64,000 bases of DNA from Flavobacteriales bacterium. GTDB lineage: Bacteria > Bacteroidota > Bacteroidia > Flavobacteriales_D > Sanyastnellaceae. The stretch lies in assembly GCA_022447625.1 (NCBI GenBank), contig JAKVAX010000016.1, positions 20,766-84,765 of the forward strand, read 5' to 3'. A model generated the notes under the pieces. The model saw only the letters and a list, made by a program, of their open reading frames with translations. It did no database searches and was not told the DNA's origin. Positions within the stretch are counted from its first letter, which is position 1, and each line of letters starts with the position of its first letter. Made by a program: the position numbers and the translations under genes. Below are positions 19,548-29,000 of this stretch, one piece after another.

Positions 19548-22064
19548 CTAACGTTTGATGAAGCTTTCTGTCATCTGTGTTTGATCCTTAGTAAAGACTA
19601 TGACATATTTTCCGCTTTTCAACTGACTAACGTCGAGTTGAGTGCTATTTGTCAGACTTCCTTTAGCAAGAACGAGTTGACCACGTAGGTTGTATACTTC
19701 AAATGTGAAACCTTCATAACCAATAAGGCGAAGTTGGTCAGAAGCAGGGTTAGGATAGATGAATTGTTGTGTTAGTAACTCTTCATCAATGTTGATTGGA
19801 TCATCTTCCATCTCTGGTTCTGGCCACGTGAACAATGAGTCGATAGGGAAGGTCCAAATGCCACGGGCGAATGTTCCGGCGACGAGCGTATGCGCTGTCG
19901 TATCAATCTCAATGTCAAAGACCGGAATTGCTGGCATATTGTTTCCAATACGTACCCAGTTGTCACCACTATTCACCGTGTGGTATACACCGTAATCGGT
20001 AGCTATAAAGAGAATACTGTCGTTCAATACTTCAATGTGATTCACGGGCTGTTCTGGTAAATCTCCAGTTACATCAATCCAATTCGCCCCATTGTCATCC
20101 GTGCGGTGGAGGTGAGCTGTTTGGTCGTTGTCTTTGTAACCGCTGTGTGAGATCCACCAGCGTTCTTCTGTTTCAGGGCTGCTTTTTACATTCGTCACGT
20201 AGCGTTCTGGAAGGTCACCGGTAATAGGCTGCCAAACGAAGCTGGTTCCACCAGCTGTTCCCAGCCATACGTTGGCGTCACTTGTTCCAACCATGATTCT
20301 ACTTTCATCCGTCTGTGCTTCACCAATGGTGGAAATCGTGTGGAAGTTTGAGCCAAAGATGTTCCCATCCGTAAGGTCTTGGCTAATTGGCTCCCACACG
20401 TCGTATGGTGCGCCATTCATCCAATACGCCTTCTCCGTTCCTGTGTACAGTCGTTCGTTGTCAAAGTGACTCATGATGTACGGCATATCCCAGTTTCGGC
20501 GATCGTCTTCGTCAAGTCCGAAGGTCAGTCCGAAGATGTTGCCGAACTCACTTACGACGATATTTCCGTTCTGAGTCTCCATGTACTTGATGCCGTCAAT
20601 GACCGGATCATAAATTGTCTGGAAACCATCGCCACCGTAATCACGTGTCCATTCATCAATGGTGCTGAAATTTCCTGAAGTGGTTCCATTGTCTTGCGCC
20701 CCACCAGTATAAACACCAGGGTTATGAGGGTTCAAAGCAATGCGGTAGAACTGTGTATTCGGGATGTCATCTGCATCATCCCAGAAAATAAAGTGTGTGC
20801 CTGTTCGGTAGATTCCACCATCAGTTGCCAGCCACATAGTATCTGGGTTGAGGTAGATGAGGTCGTGCTTGTCCGCATGCACATCGTACTCCCACCATGG
20901 TGGGGTTGACAGTTCCCATGATTGACAGTTGTTGTAGGTCGTCCACATATCCACGCCGAGAATGGTGATCTCGTCTTCATCAAACGGATTTACACGGATC
21001 TTACCAAAGTACCAACCAAATCCTCCGAGCGCACCTTCCAGTCCGCCTTGGTAGAGGTTTACCCAGCTATCCCCACCATCAGTAGTTTTGTAGATTCCTT
21101 GTACTCCGTAATCAGTGCCAACGACCAAGGCCCACAGAGTATTTGGATCGTTTTGAGACATCTCTAATCCAATACGACATTGATCACCCATTGGGAGTCC
21201 GTTCACGAGTTGAACCCACGTATCACCACCATCGGTTGATCGGTGGATACGGCTTTGTTCTCCGGTGATAATCGACTCTTGGTTGTTTCGGATACGATTC
21301 CAACCTGCAGCATAAATTATATCTGGATTCTCAGGGTTCATTTTGAAATCAGTAATTCCGGCATTCTCCGCCAGGAAGAGCTGTTGTGTCCACGTCAGTC
21401 CGCCATCGGTGGTGCGGTAGAACCCTCTGTCTGGTCCTGGGGCGAAAGGTACTCCCATCGCACAAGCAAAGAGCGTTTGATCGTCTTCGGGGTGGACGCC
21501 TACTTTGGAGATGACTCCCATATCTTCCAGTCCGATATTTGTCCAAGTATCACCACCATCGAGTGAACGGTAGACACCGTTTCCAATGTGTGGCAAACCA
21601 CTTAGCTGCGGGTCACCCGTTCCCACGAGGATGTCGTCAGAGTTGTTTGGGTTGATGACGATATGCCCAATGGGCAGGAACTGAAAGTCGTCTCCAATCG
21701 GATCCCATGAATCGCCGCCATTGCTGGTTTTGAAGACTCCCCCGGTACAGCTACCAGCGTACATCGTCAATTCGTCGTTCGGGTCAATGGCGAGGGTGTT
21801 GATACGTCCGCCGATGTTTGTCGGGCCTTCCACTTGCCATGGATGATCCACGCTTTTGATATGCGATTCCGCGATAGCGCGTTCAGCCACACGTTGCATA
21901 GTCTTCACATCTGGAGTGAGGTCAGGATAGCTTCGTTGCATCATGACATGATCGTTCGGACGAGCCTTCTCTGAGATTTTATCAGGAGTGGTGTTCGATT
22001 GGTCTTGCTGAGGGGTGCATGCAACAAGAAAAATACATAATGACAGAAAAGATAGAATTCTCAT
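19548..22064 (-). CDS. Secreted lipoprotein with multiple BNR/Asp-box (sortilin/Vps10-like glycosidase-type) repeats and a T9SS type-A C-terminal sorting domain
   Basis: Start set at MRILSFLSLCIFLVAC (lipobox). It has at least 7 SxDxGxTW repeats (SNGGDSW, LDGGDTW, TDGGLTW, TDGGDTW, TDGGDSW, DDNGANW, NSGDNW). The C-terminal ~75 aa (IYPNPASDQLRL...KSGKYVIVF) match a Por/T9SS C-terminal sorting domain (CTD). Confidence 0.75.
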   Translation of the reverse strand: MRILSFLSLCIFLVACTPQQDQSNTTPDKISEKARPNDHVMMQRSYPDLTPDVKTMQRVAERAIAESHIKSVDHPWQVEGPTNIGGRINTLAIDPNDELTMYAGSCTGGVFKTSNGGDSWDPIGDDFQFLPIGHIVINPNNSDDILVGTGDPQLSGLPHIGNGVYRSLDGGDTWTNIGLEDMGVISKVGVHPEDDQTLFACAMGVPFAPGPDRGFYRTTDGGLTWTQQLFLAENAGITDFKMNPENPDIIYAAGWNRIRNNQESIITGEQSRIHRSTDGGDTWVQLVNGLPMGDQCRIGLEMSQNDPNTLWALVVGTDYGVQGIYKTTDGGDSWVNLYQGGLEGALGGFGWYFGKIRVNPFDEDEITILGVDMWTTYNNCQSWELSTPPWWEYDVHADKHDLIYLNPDTMWLATDGGIYRTGTHFIFWDDADDIPNTQFYRIALNPHNPGVYTGGAQDNGTTSGNFSTIDEWTRDYGGDGFQTIYDPVIDGIKYMETQNGNIVVSEFGNIFGLTFGLDEDDRRNWDMPYIMSHFDNERLYTGTEKAYWMNGAPYDVWEPISQDLTDGNIFGSNFHTISTIGEAQTDESRIMVGTSDANVWLGTAGGTSFVWQPITGDLPERYVTNVKSSPETEERWWISHSGYKDNDQTAHLHRTDDNGANWIDVTGDLPEQPVNHIEVLNDSILFIATDYGVYHTVNSGDNWVRIGNNMPAIPVFDIEIDTTAHTLVAGTFARGIWTFPIDSLFTWPEPEMEDDPINIDEELLTQQFIYPNPASDQLRLIGYEGFTFEVYNLRGQLVLAKGSLTNSTQLDVSQLKSGKYVIVFTKDQTQMTESFIKR

Positions 22065-22262
22065 GTGTAATGGTCTTGTGGTAAAAGTACATCTGAAAGG
22101 CCTTGGTTCCCTAAACTCTGTTGACAAAATCACGCGATTCTTCCGTTTCCAACGGGTAGTAAGAAATACAAGCATCTACTGAATTTTCGGTGAATAACTC
22201 CTGACCTGTTTCGCCTTGTCAGCCCTGAGGAAACAATACATTTGTATTGAAAATCGACAACT

Positions 22263-23651
22263 ATGACATTGATCAAATCAATTTCAGGAATACGAGGAAC
22301 CATTGGAGGTACCCCAGGTACAGGTCTAACTCCGCTCGATGTAGTGAAGTTCACCGCGGCCTTTGCCACTTTCATTGAAGAGACCACAGGCAAGGATAAG
22401 GTGCGTATGGTGATTGGCCGTGACGCGCGAATCAGTGGTCCCATGGTTCGTAATCTTGTCTCTGGAACCCTTCAAGGAATGGGAGTTGATGTGATTGATC
22501 TCGGATTAAGCACAACACCAACGGTGGAACTGGCTGTTCCTGCTGAAGGAGCAGACGCAGGTATCATCCTAACGGCAAGCCACAATCCAAAACAATGGAA
22601 TGCACTCAAACTTCTAAATGGTAAAGGAGAGTTCATTTCTGGTGATGATGGTGCACGTGTGCTTGATATCGCTGATAATGATGCCTACACTTTTGCGGAA
22701 GTCGATGACCTTGGTAACTACGAAACGAACGATACTTGGCTTGAAAAACACATCCAGGCGGTGAAAGACCTTGAATTGGTAGATGTGGATGCCATCCGCA
22801 ATGCCAACTTCAAGATTGCTTGTGACTGCGTGAATTCATCCGGAGGAATCTTTGTTCCCGCCTTGCTTAAAGCGCTGGGTGTGAGTGAGGTTTATGAATT
22901 GTACTGTGAACCAAACGGACAATTCCCGCACAATCCTGAGCCGCTTCCTGAGCATTTAACAGCGATCGCTGGAATGATTCAAGAGAAAGGTGCTGACCTA
23001 GGAATTGTGGTTGACCCGGATGTGGATCGTCTGGCTATGGTTTGCGAAGACGGAAGCATGTTTGGTGAAGAGTACACCTTGGTGGCTGTAGCTGATCACG
23101 TGTTGAAGCACACTCCAGGGAATACCGTGAGTAACCTGTCTTCAACGAGAGCACTTCGCGACGTCACGAACAAAAACGGTGGGAGCTACGAAGCTGCTGC
23201 AGTAGGAGAGGTGAACGTTGTCAATAAAATGAAAGCAAACAACGCCGTGATCGGTGGAGAAGGAAATGGGGGAGTAATCTACCCAGCTTCTCACTATGGT
23301 CGCGATGCGCTGGTGGGTATAGGATTGTTCCTAACGCACCTAGCAAAAAGTGGAATGAGTGCAGCTGAAATGCGTGCCTCGTATCCAAACTACGCGATGC
23401 CTAAGAACAAGATCCAACTCGAACAGGGGATGGATGTTGATGGCATCTTGGCCACGATTGCTGAGAAATATCAGCACGAAGAGATCAATACCATCGATGG
23501 TGTTAAGATTGATTTCGAAAATGAGTGGGTACATTTGCGTAAGTCGAACACAGAGCCGATTATTCGTATCTACTCTGAAAGTACGACAACTGAAGCTGCT
23601 GCGGCCTTGGCTGAGCGCTTCATGGGAGAACTGAAAGAAATAGCAGGCTGA
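22263..23651 (+). CDS. glmM: Phosphoglucosamine mutase / phosphohexomutase
   Basis: Active-site loop TASHNP and metal-binding loop DPDVDRLAM; 462 aa. Confidence 0.8.
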   Translation: MTLIKSISGIRGTIGGTPGTGLTPLDVVKFTAAFATFIEETTGKDKVRMVIGRDARISGPMVRNLVSGTLQGMGVDVIDLGLSTTPTVELAVPAEGADAGIILTASHNPKQWNALKLLNGKGEFISGDDGARVLDIADNDAYTFAEVDDLGNYETNDTWLEKHIQAVKDLELVDVDAIRNANFKIACDCVNSSGGIFVPALLKALGVSEVYELYCEPNGQFPHNPEPLPEHLTAIAGMIQEKGADLGIVVDPDVDRLAMVCEDGSMFGEEYTLVAVADHVLKHTPGNTVSNLSSTRALRDVTNKNGGSYEAAAVGEVNVVNKMKANNAVIGGEGNGGVIYPASHYGRDALVGIGLFLTHLAKSGMSAAEMRASYPNYAMPKNKIQLEQGMDVDGILATIAEKYQHEEINTIDGVKIDFENEWVHLRKSNTEPIIRIYSESTTTEAAAALAERFMGELKEIAG

Positions 23652-24832
23652 TGAAAGAAATGAAGAACGTCTACCTGGATAACGCGGCAACAACACCGAT
23701 CGATCCCCAGGTGGTAGAGGCAATGATCCCCTATCTTCAAAATCATTTCGGAAACCCTTCTTCGTCACATAGTTTCGGACGAAAAGTGAAGACCGCGATT
23801 GAAACGTCGCGTCGGAAGATCTCGAAGATGCTCAATTGCAGTCCAGCAGAGATCTGTTTCACTTCAGGCGGAACCGAGGCGGATAACCTCGCACTGAAGG
23901 CTTCCATTTTTGATCTAGGGTGCACACACATCATTACCAGTGCCATTGAGCACAGCGCAGTGATTAAAACCGCTGAGCGATTAGCAGATGAAGGAAAGAT
24001 TCGTCTGAGCTTGGTGCGCCTTACCGAAAACGGTCATGTTGATCTAGCACACCTCGCAGAGTTGCTGGATACACCAGATAAAACATTGGTAACCTTGATG
24101 CACGCGAACAATGAGATCGCGAATGTCTTGCCGTTACAACAAGTGAGTGATTTGTGTCGTGCAAATGGAGCGCTGTTCCACAGCGACACTGTGCAGACCA
24201 TGGGACATATCCCGTTCGATCTACAAGCACTCGATATTGATTTCATCACGTGCGCTGCTCACAAATTCCACGGACCAAAAGGAACAGGCTTCTTGTACAT
24301 CAATAAGAATCTGAAGATCAACTCTATGATCATCGGAGGCGGACAAGAGCGTTCATTGCGTGGTGGAACAGAGAACATCTACGGTATTGTAGGTTTAGCC
24401 AAGGCGCTTGAATTGGCTTACGAAGACGTAGAAGGTCACCGCAATCACGTGTTGGGATTGAAGATGTACATGAAGGACTCATTGCAAGAGATGATTCCAG
24501 ATGTCAAATTCAATGGGGATTGCGTGAATGAGAATAGCCTCTACACTGTCTTGAATGTGAACTTCCCACCAAACCCAAATGGAGGTATGTTGCTCTTCCT
24601 GCTTGATCTTGAAGGGGTAGCTGCTTCTGGAGGAAGCGCTTGTTCTTCAGGTGCGGCGAAGGGGTCACACGTGTTGGAAGGAATCAATGCTATGGAACCA
24701 GGAAGAGCGAGCATTCGCTTCTCCTTCAGTCGCTTCACTGAGAAGGCTGACATTGACCACGCTCTTGCAGCTGTTGGTAAAGTGTTGGGAGTGAAACAGA
24801 CTGAAACAGAGAAGGTAACGCACGGGAGCTAA
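23651..24832 (+). CDS. Cysteine desulfurase (class V aminotransferase, IscS/NifS family)
   Basis: PLP-lysine region HKFHGPKG and active-site Cys in GGSACSSG. Confidence 0.85.
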   Translation: MKEMKNVYLDNAATTPIDPQVVEAMIPYLQNHFGNPSSSHSFGRKVKTAIETSRRKISKMLNCSPAEICFTSGGTEADNLALKASIFDLGCTHIITSAIEHSAVIKTAERLADEGKIRLSLVRLTENGHVDLAHLAELLDTPDKTLVTLMHANNEIANVLPLQQVSDLCRANGALFHSDTVQTMGHIPFDLQALDIDFITCAAHKFHGPKGTGFLYINKNLKINSMIIGGGQERSLRGGTENIYGIVGLAKALELAYEDVEGHRNHVLGLKMYMKDSLQEMIPDVKFNGDCVNENSLYTVLNVNFPPNPNGGMLLFLLDLEGVAASGGSACSSGAAKGSHVLEGINAMEPGRASIRFSFSRFTEKADIDHALAAVGKVLGVKQTETEKVTHGS

Positions 24833-24888
24833 TTCCTAGCGGTACTTTTTCTTTTTTACTAACCCCAATTGATAGAAATTCGCGGTCT

Positions 24889-25983
24889 ATGAAAGAAGCG
24901 CGCGTATGGTCTCGTGAAGAGATCAAAGAGCTCTACGATCTTCCTTTGATCGAGCTGATCCATAAAGCATCTACTGTTCATCGGGAGCATCATGCTATTG
25001 ATGAGGTGCAGGTGTCAACCCTGCTGTCCATCAAAACTGGTGGATGTCCTGAGGATTGTGGTTACTGTCCACAAGCAGCACGCTATCATACCGGTGTTGA
25101 CAATGAAGCTATGTTGGGATTAAACCACGTGAAAGCCCAGGCCCTGCGTGCGAAATCTTCCGGATCCTCGCGACTTTGCTTAGGTGCAGCCTGGAGAAAC
25201 GTGAAAGACGATGCTGATTTCGATCACGTATTGGAAATGGTTCGTACGGTGAACGAAACCGGACTCGAAGTCTGTGCTACACTCGGAATGTTGACAGAAA
25301 AGCAAGCTCAGCGTTTGAAAGATGCCGGTTTGTACGCGTACAATCACAACCTCGATAGCTCTGAAGAGTACTACAAAGAAATCATCTCTACTCGCGGATA
25401 CGAAGATCGTTTGGAGACCATCGATAACGCTCGTAAAGCTGGGATGACGGTGTGCTCTGGAGGTATCATCGGTATGGGTGAAAGCGATGATGATCGCTGC
25501 GGAATGCTCGCAACTTACAGCGCGATGGATACGCCACCAGAGAGTGTGCCGATCAATGCACTTGTAGCCGTGGAAGGAACGCCACTTGAAGATCAAGAGA
25601 CGGTGAGCATCTGGGAAATGGTTCGAATGATTGCCGTGACGCGAATCGTACTTCCTACTTCTGTGGTTCGTCTTTCAGCAGGACGAACAGAAATGAGTGA
25701 TGAAGGTCAAGCGCTATGTTTCCTTGTGGGAGCAGGGTCGATTTTCGCTGGTGATAAGCTATTGACAACCCCAAATCCTGATGTGAACAAGGATATGGAG
25801 CTGTTTAATCTTTTGGGTATTAGACCGATGAAGCCGTACTCAAAAGGAGAGCAACCAGAAATCAATGAGGCGTACCGCAACAACGACGATCCAGAGAAAC
25901 GCATCAAGTGGAGCCGCCCAGGGCATACCATTGAGCGTAACTTGGAGAAACAAGGAAAGAAACTCGAGGAAGCGGGGGAGTAG
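24889..25983 (+). CDS. bioB: Biotin synthase (radical SAM)
   Basis: CPEDCGYCPQ radical-SAM cluster motif and BioB-family length/blocks. Confidence 0.9.
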   Translation: MKEARVWSREEIKELYDLPLIELIHKASTVHREHHAIDEVQVSTLLSIKTGGCPEDCGYCPQAARYHTGVDNEAMLGLNHVKAQALRAKSSGSSRLCLGAAWRNVKDDADFDHVLEMVRTVNETGLEVCATLGMLTEKQAQRLKDAGLYAYNHNLDSSEEYYKEIISTRGYEDRLETIDNARKAGMTVCSGGIIGMGESDDDRCGMLATYSAMDTPPESVPINALVAVEGTPLEDQETVSIWEMVRMIAVTRIVLPTSVVRLSAGRTEMSDEGQALCFLVGAGSIFAGDKLLTTPNPDVNKDMELFNLLGIRPMKPYSKGEQPEINEAYRNNDDPEKRIKWSRPGHTIERNLEKQGKKLEEAGE

Positions 25984-26030
25984 AACTACTCCCCGTTCGA
26001 ATTCCTTATCGCGTCGCCGATTCCTTTGAT

Positions 26031-29000
26031 TCAAGAAATCAGATGTTCCAATTGTTCAAGTACTGGAACGAGTTGATTGCCGCCGGCTCCTTTCAATCGT
26101 TGATTCCGGTTGAATACTTCTAAGATCCCTGCACGACGTTGTTCTTCTTCCGCGGTGAGTGTGAAGGCCATGCTTTTGAACTTTAGGAAGTTCCATTCGG
26201 TGCCTGTTGTCAGCGTTTGAGACTCGTTTTCATAGTGCGTCATGATCACGTTCTCCAGTTCATCGTCGTTCATGAATGGCAGCACTTTCTCTACCATTCG
26301 GTTCATGTTACGATACGAACCTTGCATCTTAAACGGAGGCTCGGTGCGGAATTCATCTGCCTGACTCGCAGAGTAGATGTATTCCATATTCACCTTCAGC
26401 ACGACATCGCGAATGCGGAACATCTTTTTCAAGGTTGTCACGTACTCTTCGATCTCTTCTGGAGTGTGCTGAGCTTCAAACTCATCGGTCATTTCACCGT
26501 TCTCCGCGAGGCGAATCATCTTGCGAACATCTCCCAAGCTCTTCGTTGCTAGACGATTCATAATCGAATTGCTCGTCAACGAGTTTTCGATGTAGCTGTC
26601 TTTGAAAGCGTTGGAGTTTGAGCCAATGATATCACCTAGGTTGTAGATGTCGGCACGGTTCGCCAACATGTCTGGAATCTTGAACTTCTCACCGCTCTCG
26701 GTGTAAGGGTTTCCAGCCATTACCACAGCCACTTTACGGCCTTTCAAGTCGTAGGTCTTTGAACGGCCTCTGAATACCCCTTCAATTTTACGCTGTGCAT
26801 CACAAAGCGAAATGAATTTCTGAAGGAACTCAGGGTTACAGTGCTGAATGTCATCTAGGTAGAGCATGACGTTGTCGCCCATTTCCAATGCGAAGTTGAG
26901 TTTGTTTAACTCGTCACGCGAAGCGGAATTGGTCGCTTCTGCAGGATCAATCGATGTGATTCGGTGCCCAATAGATGGACCATTGATTTTCACGAACACC
27001 AACCCAAGCTGTGAAGCGATGTACTCCATCAAGGTCGTCTTACCATATCCCGGAGGGGAGATGAGAAGCAAGAGTCCCATCAGGTCTGTTCGCTTGTTGT
27101 CACCAGCTGTTCCAATCTGCTTGGCGAGGTTGTCTCCAATGAGTGGGAGGTAACTCTCGTCAATCAATCTGTTTCGGACAAACGAAGACATCACACGTGG
27201 CTTGAATTCATCAATTTTCAGTGCATGGCGTTCGTCATCGAGCTTCTCTCGTTTTAATTGCTGAAGCGCATTAAATGCAGGCACTTGATCGCTCATAAAG
27301 TGATGAAGCTTCTGCTCGAAGGTGGCCAGACTCATTCCTGATGAATAAGAAGAGCTAACCGGGTGATTCCCTTTCAATTTAACACCCTCTGAAAGGGTAG
27401 GAACCTTGCTTTGCTCCCAGGAAATCTCTCGTGAGCTTGACTTAGCGAAGACCACGAAAGCGGCTTCAAAGAGCAAGTGGGTGTCTTCCCCTTCTCCAAA
27501 GGCTAGTAGCCAGTCAAAAGTCTTATTGAAACCATCAATCGGTCGTTCCTTGTACGACTGGATGAGGGTCTCAAATTGACCGAGACTGCGCTTCCCTTTC
27601 AGGTATTGCTGGAATGATTCTGCGAAGGAGGCTCCTTCTTTACTCACTTCCATCCCCGTGTTTTCCGCGTTAGCGAACCAAAGCGCCTGTTCAATACGCA
27701 TAGCAAGCTGCGAGTCATCAACGGATTCAATCTGACTCAAATCAATGGTTCCTTCGAGAAACTCTCCAATGGCTTCAGTTGCTGCCGAGGTGATTTGATG
27801 GTCAATCGGTGGATTAGTGAAGAATTTACGAGCGTTCCTGAAGGAGGTCGCTTCTTGGGTGTATCGAGCGCGTAGTTCTTTCGAAAAGGCAAAGTGCCAA
27901 GAGAGTTGTCCAAGGACGCGTTCGAGGCCTGTGAAACGAAGGCTCTTGACGCGGTGGTCAAGATCAATCATGGCCAGGGTAATGCGCAAAGCGTCGTGAT
28001 CATGAACCCCTTTGATGTATCCTTCTCCCGGACGTTGACGCATCATTTCATGAATCACCGTCATCAGCTCTTCTTGAGGAACAGCCAGCCATTCACTCAG
28101 CACGGCATTACGTTCGCGCAGTTCATTGATCAGCTGATACGCAAGGAATTCAGCGCGGTAAACGTCTGAATTTTCGCTCACCAAACTTTGGTCAAAGAGC
28201 GAAGTATACTGTTGCAATTCTTCACCAGCAGGGTGGAAGAAGTTCGTTCCAGTCAAGTGGTAATAGAGCGTGTCTTCACGGGGAATCAATGTCAAGTCTA
28301 GGTTCTGACGGTTCACGTTGAACGCGTGCTTTCCAAACATGATGGCATCGCTTCCATTCGCAAAGAGTTCTTTCTTGTCACGCAGCTGACGCAGTGCATC
28401 TTCCTTCGTGCGCTTGAGCTTACTTTGAAGCTCATCAGCCTTCACTGAGTCACCCAATTCCATGAGATCTTCAATGACTTGACGCAGCTTTTCTACCATG
28501 ACATCTCCCGCATAAAATGCATGGATGTCGCTGTTGTTTTCAATCTGTTCAACGCGTGAAACAATGCTATTCACGATTCGGTTTCCAGATCGCTGCAGTG
28601 CGGCTGTCTTCTTATTGATCTCTTCTAGTAAGACCAAACGGCGTGACTCAAATGCCTGTTGAATGTTGTTTCGCTTCTCGTCAATCTCCTCTCGGAAATC
28701 TTCAAAGTCTGAGAAACGCGCATCCAACTCTTCAACCTGAATCAACAGTTTGTTCAGGTAGTCGTTGCAGGCTTCAGGCGTTTCAGCAAGCTCAACATAG
28801 CTGGAAAGCGTCTGCTCAATCAGCATTAACTGAGCCTTGAATACGGCTTCGCCTTCCGTTCGTTGATACTGCTTACGCTTTTTCGTGATCTCACTAATCA
28901 GCGAGTTGAATTTCGCGTAAGTCGCCGTAATCTGTTCCAGGATCGCCCCTGTTTTGGTGGCGTCTTCAATCTTCAGATTGGATACCACATCAATCAATAG

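Noticed and set aside
25984-26030. CCGTTCGAATTCC resembling a tRNA T-psi-C loop between bioB and the giant gene
   Set aside because: Only a 47-nt gap is available. There is no acceptor stem or anticodon arm, so it is not a tRNA.
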